A stretch of 36,114 nucleotides of DNA from NCBI GenBank assembly GCA_032718475.1, contig JAUCBJ010003465.1, positions 1-36,114 on the forward strand, in the 5' to 3' direction. The position numbers and the translations under genes were made by a program. The notes under the pieces are model-generated. The model had not been told where the DNA came from, searched no databases, and was given only the letters and a program-made list of their open reading frames with translations. The DNA is from Nemertoderma westbladi (taxonomy: Eukaryota > Animalia > Xenacoelomorpha). Numbering within the stretch: the stretch's first letter is position 1; each line of letters starts with the position of its first letter. Below are positions 1-11,898 of this stretch, one piece after another.

Positions 1-1277
1 GCCTCTGCCGCTGCCGCTTTTGCCTTGGCCGCTACCTCTGCCGCCTTTGCCTTGGCCGCCGCCGCCTTTCTTTCTGCTTCTGCAGCTACCACTGCTGCTT
101 TCTTTCTGTCTTCTATACGTTTTTTCTTTACTTGTTCTTCTTGAACTCGTGTGATGCGGAGTTGTTCATCGAATTTAGCCTGATTCGCAGCCCTCATTTC
201 CACATCGATGGCATCCAACACAAGCTTGGTTCCTTCACTATTAGGGCTAAGTCCCTCTAACCTTCTCCTCAACTCGTCATCACCTAAAAAACGTTGATAG
301 TCTGACAGATAGATGTCAATGGCATCCCTCTTATGCGGTTTTTCTGCCGTCGCTTCACTTTCCACTTGGGAAGAAATAGCGTCCGTTGATTCTCCATGGG
401 TTGAGCGCTCCTCCAATTGAGCTTTCCACTGAGCTGCTCCTTGAACCTGGCGACTCACCCTTTGAAACCAAGTCTTTACGGCAACTTGCAACGAAGTGTC
501 TTGCTTTCGTTTAGAAGCCTCTTCAAAGGCGGATAAGATTAGCCTAATCCGCAAAACTCTTTCTCTAACTTGATAAAGCAGCGATCCCTGCTCTTGAGGT
601 CCTTGAGGTTGTTGAAACAGTTGTCTCTCTACTCGCTCCATAGAGCTGAAGAATCCCTGGGCGTATCCGGCTGCGGACCTCTTCCATACAGCTGGATCGA
701 TGGTTTCCTTGGCCACTCCCATCCGGTGTATGTCTTCCCAGGCAGCTTCTGATAAATGAAACGGGAGTCCGGGTCCGGGGAAGTTCCATTGCGACTCGAC
801 AATAGACTTCAGTTCTTCACTCGTGTATCCCGCGTAGCTATCTCTAGTTGACCGTTGACTTCTCGCCCAATCGATCTGGTGTTCTTCCACCGCGATCAAT
901 AACCCAGCGAGCACGGCTGCAGGAAGGATGAGAAGGGGATCCGTATAAACCGCATCCGTCATCTCTGCTCCGCGCTCGGGTGTCAGCTCTACAGTATCCT
1001 CACTACTGGAGCTGCTGGGCCGCTGAGGAATAAGTTCTTGACTAGCGGGTTGTTGCTGTTCCGCTGCCTTTTGGTCCCGCTTGACCTGAGCTCGAGTGCC
1101 TATGATAGACCTACGATGTTGGACCAGCCTAGGTTCTGTTATTACTACTGGAGGGATGACCTTCCTCACAGTGGGAGGTGAACTGAACTTACGACCAGAC
1201 GGTTGTACGTCTCTATCTGAGTCGCAGATAGTTACATCTAATAAACTGTCTGACAGGTTCTGCTTAGTATCAGACAT
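1..1277 (-). CDS. Partial ORF (>=425 aa, runs off window start), probable Gag/ORF1 N-terminus of an LTR retrotransposon (BEL/Pao-like)
   Basis: Not in the ORF track. Manual translation from ATG at 1277 (MSDTKQNLSDSLLDVTICDSD...) is stop-free to base 3 and ends in an Ala/Lys/Glu coiled-coil (KKAAVVAAEAERKAAAAKAKAAEVAAKAK). It lies 2.1 kb downstream of an LTR on the same strand. No diagnostic Gag motif is visible inside the window. Confidence 0.55.
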   Translation of the reverse strand, partial: MSDTKQNLSDSLLDVTICDSDRDVQPSGRKFSSPPTVRKVIPPVVITEPRLVQHRRSIIGTRAQVKRDQKAAEQQQPASQELIPQRPSSSSSEDTVELTPERGAEMTDAVYTDPLLILPAAVLAGLLIAVEEHQIDWARSQRSTRDSYAGYTSEELKSIVESQWNFPGPGLPFHLSEAAWEDIHRMGVAKETIDPAVWKRSAAGYAQGFFSSMERVERQLFQQPQGPQEQGSLLYQVRERVLRIRLILSAFEEASKRKQDTSLQVAVKTWFQRVSRQVQGAAQWKAQLEERSTHGESTDAISSQVESEATAEKPHKRDAIDIYLSDYQRFLGDDELRRRLEGLSPNSEGTKLVLDAIDVEMRAANQAKFDEQLRITRVQEEQVKKKRIEDRKKAAVVAAEAERKAAAAKAKAAEVAAKAKAAAAE

Positions 1278-1365
1278 GACTATGTATACCGTTGAATGTC
1301 TACTGCTGTATTGCAGTCTGAGTAAGTCTAATAACTCAGTATTAACTGCTAGCCTAGTAATTAAT

Positions 1366-1660
1366 TACCGGTACTGCTACTCAGTGTAGCGTGATATATA
1401 TATAATATATTAGAATACCGGTATACTTATAGTATATATAACTATATAAGTATTATTACAGACTAGGTTTATCACAGAATACCGGTATAATTTTAGCACA
1501 AATATATATAAATATATAATAGGCCTATCGGAATACCGGTATACAGCTTACAGTTTGTAGGATATATAATTCTGAAATAGAATTAATTACAAGTACCGGT
1601 ATAATTTCAGCCTAGATTTATAGAAATAAAGATAATAGGCCTATCGTAAATACCGGTATA
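1366..1660. repeat. Degenerate ~50-60 bp repeat built around TACCGGTA
   Basis: ACCGGT recurs near 1367, 1416, 1481, 1535, 1595 and 1652. The segment aataggcctatcg..aataccggtata occurs twice. Confidence 0.6.
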
Positions 1661-2599
1661 TCAATTATTTCAAATAATTGAATTTCTGTTACTTTAGGGT
1701 TACTTTGTTACTTTACTTACTTTATTACCGTTATTTGAGCAGTAGTCCAACTGATATTGAGACCTAATGGTTGTATGGTAGGCCTACTATTTATAAATCG
1801 TTTGAGTTGATTTATAATATATATATACCCGTTTTAATGGGTTTTGTCAATGTTGAAATAAATGTTATTATTTCTGGGGTAATCACTACACAAAGCGGTG
1901 CGCTTTTAGTGAAGTGTTACGTATAGGACACTAAAACAAATAATTCTAATTTACCTAAGTTACTTAATACTACAAATTACGTACAATTCGGGTGAGATTA
2001 CAATCTCTAAATAAACACAAAATTTACAAAACACAAACACGAATTTTTAGGGTAATTTTACAAGAAGTCTACAAACCAGCCTAACAAAGGGTTAGAAAAC
2101 CGGTTATTACAACGGACAGGGTACTACGGTATTTGAAATAATAAGTAGTAGTAAATACACTGCGTTGTCCAGATAGGAAAATACCACCGCCTGACGACCT
2201 ATAGCCGTATCGCTATAGGTTCTACGTTATGTATCACGGAGTGTTCCTACCTAGAAGTTAATAGAGCTAATCGAATGTGCCTATCAACCACTTTACAACA
2301 CAGATATAATGTCTACAATAATTACTTCGGAAAGTACTGTACACTAAACCCTAAATTAGGTACGAGTACTTGTATAACAGATAATCAGTAGTTAAATATA
2401 CTTGAACAGCTAAAAGAACCACGGCATCTGCTGGAGTGACCGATGCACAAAATCACCAGTCTTTACCTACGCCGAGCAGCCCGTATAGTACCGGGGTTAA
2501 TTTAACTATAGCGGTATGTATAACAAACACAATTACTGTAGGAACAAACTTGGGGAATGAATGTTGCGGATAATCGCATAAACTCTGAATAATAAATAT

Positions 2600-3165
2600 T
2601 ACGCTACGCGTACAAACTACTCAAACAAAATACAGACCAAACACTGACAGACTACTATCAAGCCTAAACAAACTACGGTATATGCAGACTCCGAAATGAT
2701 TAGGGAGTATGCGCTCTAACCCAGTAGTGCGACTTATTCTTTAGTTGGGGGTTTACCTTACAGCGTTCGCTGCCCCTACTGCCTAATCGTACTTAATCGG
2801 ACAGATGATCTACACACGCGGCAATCCGTTCAGACCTAATAACAGCCAGACAACTATCCAGCCTACAAATTATCTAAATAAAATTATACGCTACCCGTAC
2901 AGACTTACACAAACAAAGTACAGACCAAACGATGGCAGACTACTCTCAAGCCTAAATAAACTACAGGACATGCAGACTCCGAAATGATTAGGGAGTATGC
3001 GCTCTAACCCAGTAGTGCGACTTATTCTTTAGTTGGGGGTTTACCTTACAGCGTTCGCTGCCCCTACTGCCTAATCGTACTTAATCGGACAGGTGATCTA
3101 CACACACTGCAATCCGTTCAGACTTAACAGCAATCAGACAACAGCTCAGCCTACAAATTGTCTGT
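2600..3165. repeat. Direct duplication with 288-bp period in the retrotransposon leader; ~123-bp identical core
   Basis: atgcagactccgaaatgattaggg...cttaatcggacag is identical at 2682-2804 and 2970-3092, while the flanking parts are visibly diverged. Confidence 0.9.
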
Positions 3166-3431
3166 ACAATCTGATCAGGCTTACACGCCTTCTGTTCAAT
3201 ACTGGCCTACAAATAAATAAAACTTGACAGAAATAAGTAAAAATCTCAATAAAAAACCAGGGCTGATCTCCCTGATTAATTATTAAGGCCTACCGGTATA
3301 TAATTATCAAAATCGAATAATACTGCTGTAGGTACCGGTCCGGATGATCAGGCAGTCAGGCCTACTGGTTACCGGTCGACCGGTACTTTCGACTTTATTG
3401 CTTACTGCAATAAAGAAGCAATATCCTTTAA

Positions 3432-4572
3432 TGTTCGCGCTTTCAGACCTTTGGCAGTTTAACCCACCAAATTAAGATGTCTTCTAGATATTAAATCGGT
3501 TTTTAGTCTATGACAAGTATTTGATTCACTACACTAGTCGAAACCAATCTGTGCGCGATCATTCACCCGCTGGATATTCCCGGGAGATTGGGTTCGACGG
3601 TTTAATTTTATTGCTATGTAAGCCTAATGTATTATTCAACTGACAGTACTATATAATCTCTGACAATATTATTCACCTTCGGTAATATTAACAGTTCCTT
3701 TAGGACGTGGCGCTTTATCTATATAAACAGAGTTATGACTTAAACTACTCACAACGATATGGCTTAATTATAATTCACATATATGGCGCATTCTTTAGGA
3801 ATTGCTTCTTTAACAGACTCACTCATACACAATGCTGCACAATACTGCACACTAATCTGCCAATCTTCACTGATTTTAGTCACATATAAAAGGAACACAG
3901 ACTGACTCATGTAGGGTCTATCAAATAACATTAGATTCACTTCAAACCACTTTAACATAAGTCACAATCGTTTATCTGTAACCCTTCTCTCTTACCTTCG
4001 GCACATCAAGAATATTGGGTTTCGGGGTTATTTATCGTTATTCCAAATATAATTATTCATCAACCATATTATGAAGAACTGACGGTAAATAGCAGTATAA
4101 AACAACAATGAAAACACTGATTGTTATGAGTTTGCAATGTTTCAGCAGTCAGTATGTATGATCAGTTAGCAGTCAAAGGATATATGTCCTTGTAATTAAA
4201 CCTACTAGTGTAAGACTAAAAACAGTAAAGCACAAAATACTTCCAAGCCGTTCTTTCTTTGGCTCAGGACTGAATGTAAACACTGCACATAGGCATTGCG
4301 TCATTTCTCGGAAATTTTCTGTACAAGGAGCCACAAAAACGCTCTAATTGGCTGACTGAACTGAGAGACGCCGTAGAACAAAGGAAATCAACACGTATGA
4401 ATGTCAGCTGTTAACCGTAGTCATAGTAACTACTGTTCAAGAGTAGCTATCACCCCTTTGCGTCACGAATTGCCATAGAATCATAAAATATGCCTTTCAC
4501 AGTACACATACGGAGGAAATAGGTCTTAGATCCTCTAAAAACACCGATACAGCAATAATACGGTCTCTTACA
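3432..4572 (-). mobile_element. LTR (about 1141 bp), family A
   Basis: TG...CA termini (tgttcgcgc...ctcttaca). Colinear homology with the TSD-flanked solo LTR at 26453-28180, which is 1137 bp after removing its nested insert. A CCAAT box is conserved on the minus strand (4347-4351 and 28006-28010). Confidence 0.75.
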
Positions 4573-4597
4573 CTTATTAAATCAACTACAGAGTATT

Positions 4598-6206
4598 TTA
4601 ATGTAAAAGATAATAAAAATAACGGGGCAATTCAGCAAAGGCTTTTACAAATTGGAACCGTTCGAGACACTCATGCCAGTTTAATGGTGATCGCCATTGA
4701 TATAACAACTGTTCAAGATACATACAATACTCAATGTTCTCGCTGATATAGTCTGGGAGCTGAATCTCGTTCATTACGGCCGTTCGCATATCCTGGGAGA
4801 TTGTTATTCCCAAATCAGGTTGACCACCTCTTGGAGTAGTAGGATTTAAATAATTAAAGTTCGGTTGTCCGGCAATTGTGTCATGTCTTGATTTTCTAAT
4901 ATGATGATTGTTCCACATGTTTACAACTTCGTTTAGTTCAGATTGTATCAGTCCAGAAAACAATACCACATGACGTCACTATGGATGGAGTTAGATGGAT
5001 CGAACTCTTCTCTGTAAACAAGATCTTTAAATAAATTTATCCAGAAGTTACTCCATGTCTTGCGGAGTATAGCCCACAATGACTCGATACGTTGGTTTTT
5101 AGGAGAAGAAATGTACCGATGCGCGTCGCTGTCTCCGCGAAAGAAGGCTTGGGCTGCAGCTGCAAGGCCATTCTCTGTTCCCCTGTCTGTTTCTAAACGT
5201 TCAGGACACCCGAATTCCTCAATTGACTTAAGAAATAAATAACAAATAATATTTTGGTTGTTATTACTCCGAACCACGTGTAGCCAGATTATTTTCCGAG
5301 ACCATCCATCTATGTACAGTATGATAGCTAATATCATATCAGTGAACCCTGAGTTTCTGGAATTATTATAATATTATTTCGTAAATTTTATTTCATTTGT
5401 TGGAAGAGCATCAAAGTAGAAGGGTTTATGTAGTTAAGCTGCTCCCAAGGCTTCCTAAACTATAGTTTAGGACGCCATGGCTGCTCTATTTAAATAAATA
5501 AATATTCCAGAACATTAAATTATTTAACATGGAGTTAGGCAGCATCAGGAATTGAAGAGTAAAATAATTGTATTTGCAAGAACTATGACGCAAAATGACA
5601 GCTAACACGAAATAAAGTTTAGTGGGTTTTATAAATTTATTTAAATAAATTAAAAAGATTAAGGGAAAGGAGCATGTTATAGTGGCGGTTTTTCTAACCA
5701 AAACAATCAACCATACATTATTTCACTTGAGCTTAATGTGCGCAGCTACTGTACTATACAGTATCACCTATAGCACCATGAATCGCAAAGCCGAACGGCT
5801 TTAATTTGTCGTATCCGTCCATGTGTAGAACAGCGAGGGGTCCAGCAGTATAATAAGAACGGCGTTGTAGTTTATGTCGTCGACGTAAGGCGCTGGCCTC
5901 GGGATTAACGAGAGAAAGTAGTAATTCAACTATCGATCTACACACAGCCTTCAGTTTCAAATACTGCCACATATTTCTGTAGCCCCACGATATTCCCGAA
6001 CCATTAACTTTATCGATAATAAGTTGAATGACTGTGTCGATATTATAATTACAGTTTCGTCTTCTCAAACCCGCACTTCAAATCCGCCTCCGGATAGTCC
6101 TCTCACTAATGTTTATATTGTAACAATTGCTTAACAACTGATTAATTTCACGGTAAGAATTGCCGTTTTTAAATAAATAAATGATAATAACTTCATTTAA
6201 CTCCAT
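4598..6206 (-). pseudogene. IS3EU-like (integrase-core DDE) DNA transposase, two exons, inactivated
   Basis: Motifs: HTH-like SYREINQLL...ISERTIRRR; YYTAGPLAVLHMDGYDKLKPFGFAIHGAI|DGWSRKIIWL; PERLETDRGTEN; NQRIESLW; WNNHHIRKSR. ATG at 6206, in-frame TGA at 6078-6080, GT-AG intron 5767-5310, frameshift near 4950-4969. Confidence 0.75.
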
Positions 6207-6464
6207 AGTAAACGTATAAGGCCTGCAAACTACTGCAGTGTCTAAGTTTAATCCTTAATTAATTTAATTGAATTTTTTTTAATTTAATTTAATCTATTAT
6301 CAAATAAATAGCTCAACTCCAATTCATTTATTTATAAATAATCAGAAAGGACATTTCTTGATACGATACGAAATGCGATACGAAAAATTCTAAGATATGC
6401 AAATGAACAAAGATGGATGGAAGAATATCTACCAGACTACTACTCCACTCCCGCACTACTTTAA

Positions 6465-7356
6465 GGGGGGGTATACCCCCCCCCCCCCCCCCTCAGGTAA
6501 AATTTTCAAATTATTGTTTCTTTATTTCACCTAGAGCAGAATTTAATGAGGATTACAAATCTGAAAACCGCTTAGTGAGATCTATTGCAGTTCTCGAGTT
6601 ATCACTGTTTTTCCGTATGACGGTCTGTCCGTAAAATTGTAAGAAAGACAAAAGACCGACAGACAGACAGATAGACTAGATTCCTTAAAAAATTAAAACT
6701 GTCATCGGAAATGAAATCAGCGACCCCGAAAACCCCCGTAATGAACATTTTAGCTCATTGGTGTGCATCCTTCGTGCCAGAAATAATTAACCAACCAGAA
6801 CACAGACAGCCAATTTTGGCGGGACGGTTTAAACTTTAAAGGGCATTTTCTCGGAATGACATTTTCATTTTCAAATTACTACTCCTCCGTCATTTTTGAA
6901 CCAATTTTCTTCGTTTATGGCTCATTCGAACGAGCTTTGGAAGCTCTTTAAAAGTTATCTTATGGAATTTTGATAAATATTACGATTTTTTCCAATTTGC
7001 CATTTTTAATTAAAAATATGATAATAAATTAATTAAATTAATTAATTAAAATAAAATTGGCTAAGTAAAAATGCTATAAGATAACTTTTGTAGAGTCGAT
7101 CAAGCTGAGTCCAAAAAAGTTGGTTTCAAGAAATTAGGACCAAATTGAGGGACTAGTAGCAATTTTAGTGAAATCTTTAATTCCACCGCCAGCTGCTAGG
7201 GGGAGGCTACAAATTTTCAAATTTTACTATAAAGGCTATTTGGCCTTCCATACAGTGGTTGACCATGACAAAATAGCAATATTATCATTTAACACGAATT
7301 GACAGCCACTTTAAAAAAACGTTCATGGGGGGGTATACCCCCCCCCCCCCCCCCCC
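6465..7356. mobile_element. Non-autonomous TIR element with TTAA target duplication (Kolobok-like)
   Basis: TTAA|GGGGGGGTATACCCCC ... GGGGGGGTATACCCCCC|TTAA, with TTAA at 6461-6464 and 7357-7360. An imperfect internal inverted repeat pairs ~6870-6970 with ~7065-7165. No coding capacity. Confidence 0.65.
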
Positions 7357-7360
7357 TTAA

Positions 7361-8476
7361 CCCTTTCCCGACCAGGGATCTAAAATTTAGTGCCCGCCAG
7401 TGCTCCAACATTTTAGAAAAAAATATTATTGTAATTTAGCTGTGCATAACTTCGGTTGTGTTGGTCCTACGAACTCAGTTTTTAGTTTTTTAGAATCAAC
7501 ATAGAATTGTGAACATTAATATTATAATTAATAACAAATTAATTCACAGCTGAGTTTGTTAATTACCAAAACCGCCAGGGCACAATCTTGGTTTATCGTT
7601 AAAAAAAAACAGAATACCGTAAAATAGAACACATACAAATCTGATTTTATTTAATGTTTTGTTATTTACCCAGCAGACCCGACAACATAATTGTAAATAA
7701 ACTAGCGCAACATTGTTGTATACCGATATCGAGATGTAATTTTATCTAAAATTATCAGTTTATACTCTCTCGTGATGAACAGTGGGTGTTTGTAGGCTTC
7801 CAGTTGTATCGATAACATCATTGCAACCAACCGTCAGACTGCAGTGTCATCAGAGTTTTCTTCCGCATATGCAATATCACGCCGCCCCAGTCCCATAGGT
7901 CTCATTCCCTCAATAATTTATAATCAGGTACCGGTAGATGATATAACAAACCAGTACCCGTATCACTGTCAGATTCTCTATCGGAATCGGAACCAGCAAT
8001 TTCGGAATCATCATTCTCCCTCGCTATTATCGTTATCCCTGCATGCTTCATTCCGTCATTGTCTGATTGTCGGTGTCGTCATCATCATCCTCTCCTCATT
8101 CTCGATCTCGTAGCCAGCTCCTTGGCGGATTCCGCTAGTATCGGTACAAACTTGACACTTTACATCAAGTGCGCAGCTAAGACAGTACAGCAGTATGCAG
8201 TAAGGCACTATATTGTGCTGTACTGCTGTAGCAGTGCCGTAATTTCGCATTTTCAAATTTATGCTGCTAGGGCAGACTGGTCTGGTAGGCCTACTACAGT
8301 ACTATAAAATTATATTTTTTTTACTTATTAACTGCTCCAGTTGCCTATAAAGCACACCAGTTTGTGTTCCAACGTCATAGGAATGCCTAAATGTCAGTAT
8401 AAAACCCATGGACTACCATGTAGTCCATGGAACAGTCCCTGCATGTACTACCATGTAGTCCATGGTCGGGAAAGGG
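7361..8476. mobile_element. Non-autonomous piggyBac element (1116 bp)
   Basis: TTAA|CCCTTTCCCGACCA ... TGGTCGGGAAAGGG|TTAA: 14-bp perfect TIR starting CCC, TTAA on both sides, and subterminal catg-actaccatgtagtccatgg repeats. A decayed acidic coding remnant lies on the minus strand at ~7950-8130. Confidence 0.85.
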
Positions 8477-8696
8477 TTAATCAAAGGTCACGTTCCCACG
8501 GTAGTAGTTTTTCAGTTAATCACTCAATATATACAGTATATCTAATAATGTCTGACGGCAAGCATCACCATCGCCCTTATTAATATTCATTGGGAAGCAT
8601 TGACCCCTATTAAGGTGTCCCCTAGAGCCGGATTAAGCATATGTGTGGCCCCTAGGCATAGACAAATTATTAAGGTGTCTATTAACTATTAAGGTG

Positions 8697-9242
8697 TCCC
8701 CCATTAATGTTTGTGTCCCTTATTAATGTTTGTGTCCCCCATTAATGTTTGTGTCCCTCATTAATATTTGTGTCCCCCATTAATGTTTGTGTCCCTCATT
8801 AATGTTTGTGACCCTCATTAATGTTTGTGTCCCTCATTAATGTTTGTGTCCCTCATAAATGTTTGAGTCCCTCATTAATGTTTGTGCCCCTCATTAATGT
8901 TTGTGTCCCTCATTAATGTTTGTGCCCCTCATTAATGTTTGTGACCCTCATTAATGTTTGTTTCTTTTATTAATGTTTGTGTCCCTCATTAATGTTTGTG
9001 TCCCTCATTAATATTTGTGTCCCTCATTAATGTTTGTGTCCCTCATTAATGTTTGTGTCCCTCATTAATGTTTTTGTCCCTCATTAATGTTTGTGTCCCT
9101 CATTAATGTTTGTGTCCCTCATTAATGTGCCCCCCATTAATGTTTGTGTCCAACATTAATGTTTGTGTCCCTCATTAATGTTTGTGTCCCTCATTAATGT
9201 GCCCCTCATTAATGTTTGTGTCCCATATTAATGTTTGTGTCC
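8697..9242. repeat. Minisatellite, 19-bp unit CCCTCATTAATGTTTGTGT, roughly 28-29 copies
   Basis: Direct tandem repetition with point variants and a few short units. Confidence 0.95.
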
Positions 9243-9358
9243 TGGCCGCTATGGGCTTCCGTATGTTTGTGTACTGGTTCATGCATTGTAAAGTAAGCAA
9301 TGTAGCCTACAGTATAACGGTAAGTATTACTGATGCTGCAAGGCTGGGCGCTGACTAA

Positions 9359-9482
9359 CATGTCACAGAAGCGAAAAGTAGCTGATTCAGATCGTATTAT
9401 TCGACAAAGAGAAGAGGCTGGTGAATACCAACAGATGTCTAAAATGTCAGAAATTGTTCTTCTAGATTCTGATGAGGACCTG

Positions 9483-9522
<40 letters not shown>

Positions 9523-11898
9523 CCGTCATATTAGAAATTTTCCACGTTCTGTACGACCAGAATATTATATATTGACTCATAAATTGAAGTCTGAGCTTCA
9601 TATGTCAGAAAACCAAGCTCAGGGTGCGATTATTGCCAATGCAAATATATTGTTTGGAAGAAACGATTATGGTGAGTGGAAATGCTACGAAAAAGGAAAA
9701 CCAAGTGATTGCAATACCCTTCCAGCCCCTACCAATATAAATCGAACTGAAACATATATTGAAGCTTTAGTTCTTGCTGGCATTGTAACTGAGATTATGT
9801 CTTCAGATATGGAGCAGACACTTGTAACCTATTCAAATGATGGTTCAACGAAAAGTGGAGTGGGCAATTTTATTGTTCAATCATTTACGATTAATGGGAA
9901 ACAAAGAGTGTTACCAACTCTTGCTATTTTTAGTGAGACCCGTGAAAATCTTAAGGAACTTGAGATAATGACATTAAAGATCTTATCAGCAGCTAGTGGA
10001 GGAAAGTATAATGAAAAGGAGATATTAGATAGAATAGATTTTGTGATGACAGATAGTACATCTCACAACATAGGAGTTATTGAACAGGTCTGTAAAGATA
10101 TCGGATCAGATTCTGTCCCAGGTTCACTTGTTTGCCACATTCATCCACTGATGATGTTTCAACGTAAGGTTAAAGATGTTTATCAAGAGATACATAATGC
10201 TTTTGGGTCCAGTACAATCAAGGATTGCTTTCTCGTAGAAGTTGATTTCAGGAATGAATCATTTATCTACAAAGCACTGCGTTGCCTTACATCATTTATT
10301 AGCCATGATTTCTCATCAAAACCTTGGAATAGGCAACACCACTTTGACAATTATATTAGTCCAAAAAAAAAATGAAAGTATTTCATTGAAAGATCATCGT
10401 TTTAATAGGTTGTTTGATTGCTCCCTTTCACTATTGTATCACTTGGATGATATCAAAATGTATCTTGATAACTTGAGTAATATTATTAATGGTATAGCTA
10501 TCCTTGACAGAACTTTTCTCAACATGGAACTACTGAAACCAATCTTATGTGCAACCTCGCTTATTGGAATTCATTTCACTCGCCCATTTCTTTCGCTTTT
10601 ACTAGACACAGAGACCACTTATAATAGATTGCTTGAAGCATTTCCAAAACTTTATTCTAATTTAAATCAAGTAAAGGCAGATGAGTTACTGCAAGTCGAA
10701 ATGAGAGTTTGCAACTTTGTAACTGAAAAAAGGTTTCTCGATTCACTGCCAAAGAAATGTTTACTTGAAGTAGTCAATGTTTGCATTGGCCAGTTTCACA
10801 AGGAAGTGATTAATCTGCTCAATATCATTTTACCTCGACTTGCAAGTGGTTTCCTGGAGCAGGAGGAGCTATATTTGGGTTCGGATCAAAGGCACACGAT
10901 GAAACAGGTACATTGTTGAAAATATGCCATACTGATGGAGCAAAACGACAAAAATTAGAAATGGCTCCAATACACAATCTCAATGAAGAGCATAGTGTTG
11001 GTTTCGTCAATTATGAACGTCAAATCCGTGGCAAGCAACATCTAGAATCAGCATCTAAGAAAATGACTATTAACAAGAGTTCAGACATACTAATGAACAT
11101 CATTCCATCTGAAATTCGGACCTTTGTCAAGCCAGCACAACAAATCAAAGACCTCAAGCTCCAATGGGTTGAACAACTTAAAAAACATCAAGCAGCAGGA
11201 TACAGTGAAAAGGAAACTGCAAATTTGAACCAAGATGCAGTAAAATATCAACTTTTAGACATCCTTAAGAATGATATAATACCTGGTCCATTTTCATCAA
11301 TTGCTGATGTTAAGAAATATATAGATAGCAGTACCATCACTGAAGAAGCCAAAAACAAACGTATATACCAGGAAGTCAAATATGCTCGTATGACCAGTCT
11401 GTCTTTAAAACCTTCAGCAGCAGTGTTTCGATTAAAGCGAAGTCACCATAACCTTGAGACATCTGAGTATGCTGACAATCTGATGTCTTACTTAGACAGT
11501 GCTCGGGCATGCAATAACATCACCCTGGCTGATTTGGGCAATGTTTTACATAGTATCTCAGCCAAATTTGGCATCACAGACAATGACACAAATTCCAACA
11601 ACAGCTATGGATATAACATTGGTGAACATGATGTTGCTTATTGGCACGAAGATAAAGTTCAGTGGTTTCTTGGTGTCATTGACTCAATACAACGTTGTCA
11701 ATTTCATATATGGTACGTACAGATTCTACTGGATGTGATTGGGTATATCCTGAAACTGCAGAAGTATTGGAAACAGCACAAGAACAAATTTTAGCCAGCA
11801 ATGTAAAAGTTCAATATAAATGTTCAGTTCGTATTAGATGTCATATTCTATCAAAGCAACTAGTTACGGATTTGAATGCTAAGGTGCAACAAATTTAG
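9359..11898 (+). pseudogene. Frameshifted DDE DNA transposase, hATm-like
   Basis: ORFs 9572-10375, 10242-10919, 10913-11794 and 11695-11898 join by frameshifts (A-run near 10363-10372, ~10860, ~11695). Motifs YSNDGST (D1), MTDSTSHNIG (D2), CHIH (CxxH) and HNLNEEHSVG (E). A (TA)n tract at 9483-9521 interrupts the N-terminal frame. Putative right end ...agaacccta at 12519 (TAGGGT-type terminus). Confidence 0.55.

Larger units (their letters stand above)
1..4572 (-). mobile_element. 5' part of an LTR retrotransposon (5' LTR, long 5' UTR, ORF1)
   Basis: LTR 3432-4572, then about 2.1 kb of untranslated leader with internal repeats, then a long ORF on the same strand. There is no TSD around this LTR, as expected for one LTR of a full-length element. 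Confidence 0.6.

Noticed and set aside
565-1389. Track ORFs 565-789, 570-752 and 1096-1389
   Set aside because: They overlap the longer minus-strand ORF 1-1277 and show no motifs.
6078-6080. In-frame TGA in the IS3EU-like transposase as a second Sec codon
   Set aside because: It lies in an Arg-rich context consistent with CGA-to-TGA decay, the gene is also frameshifted, and I saw no SECIS.
8622-8660. hAT-like terminal sequence (agagccggattaag...ggcccctaggca)
   Set aside because: No partner TIR or TSD found; too weak to call.
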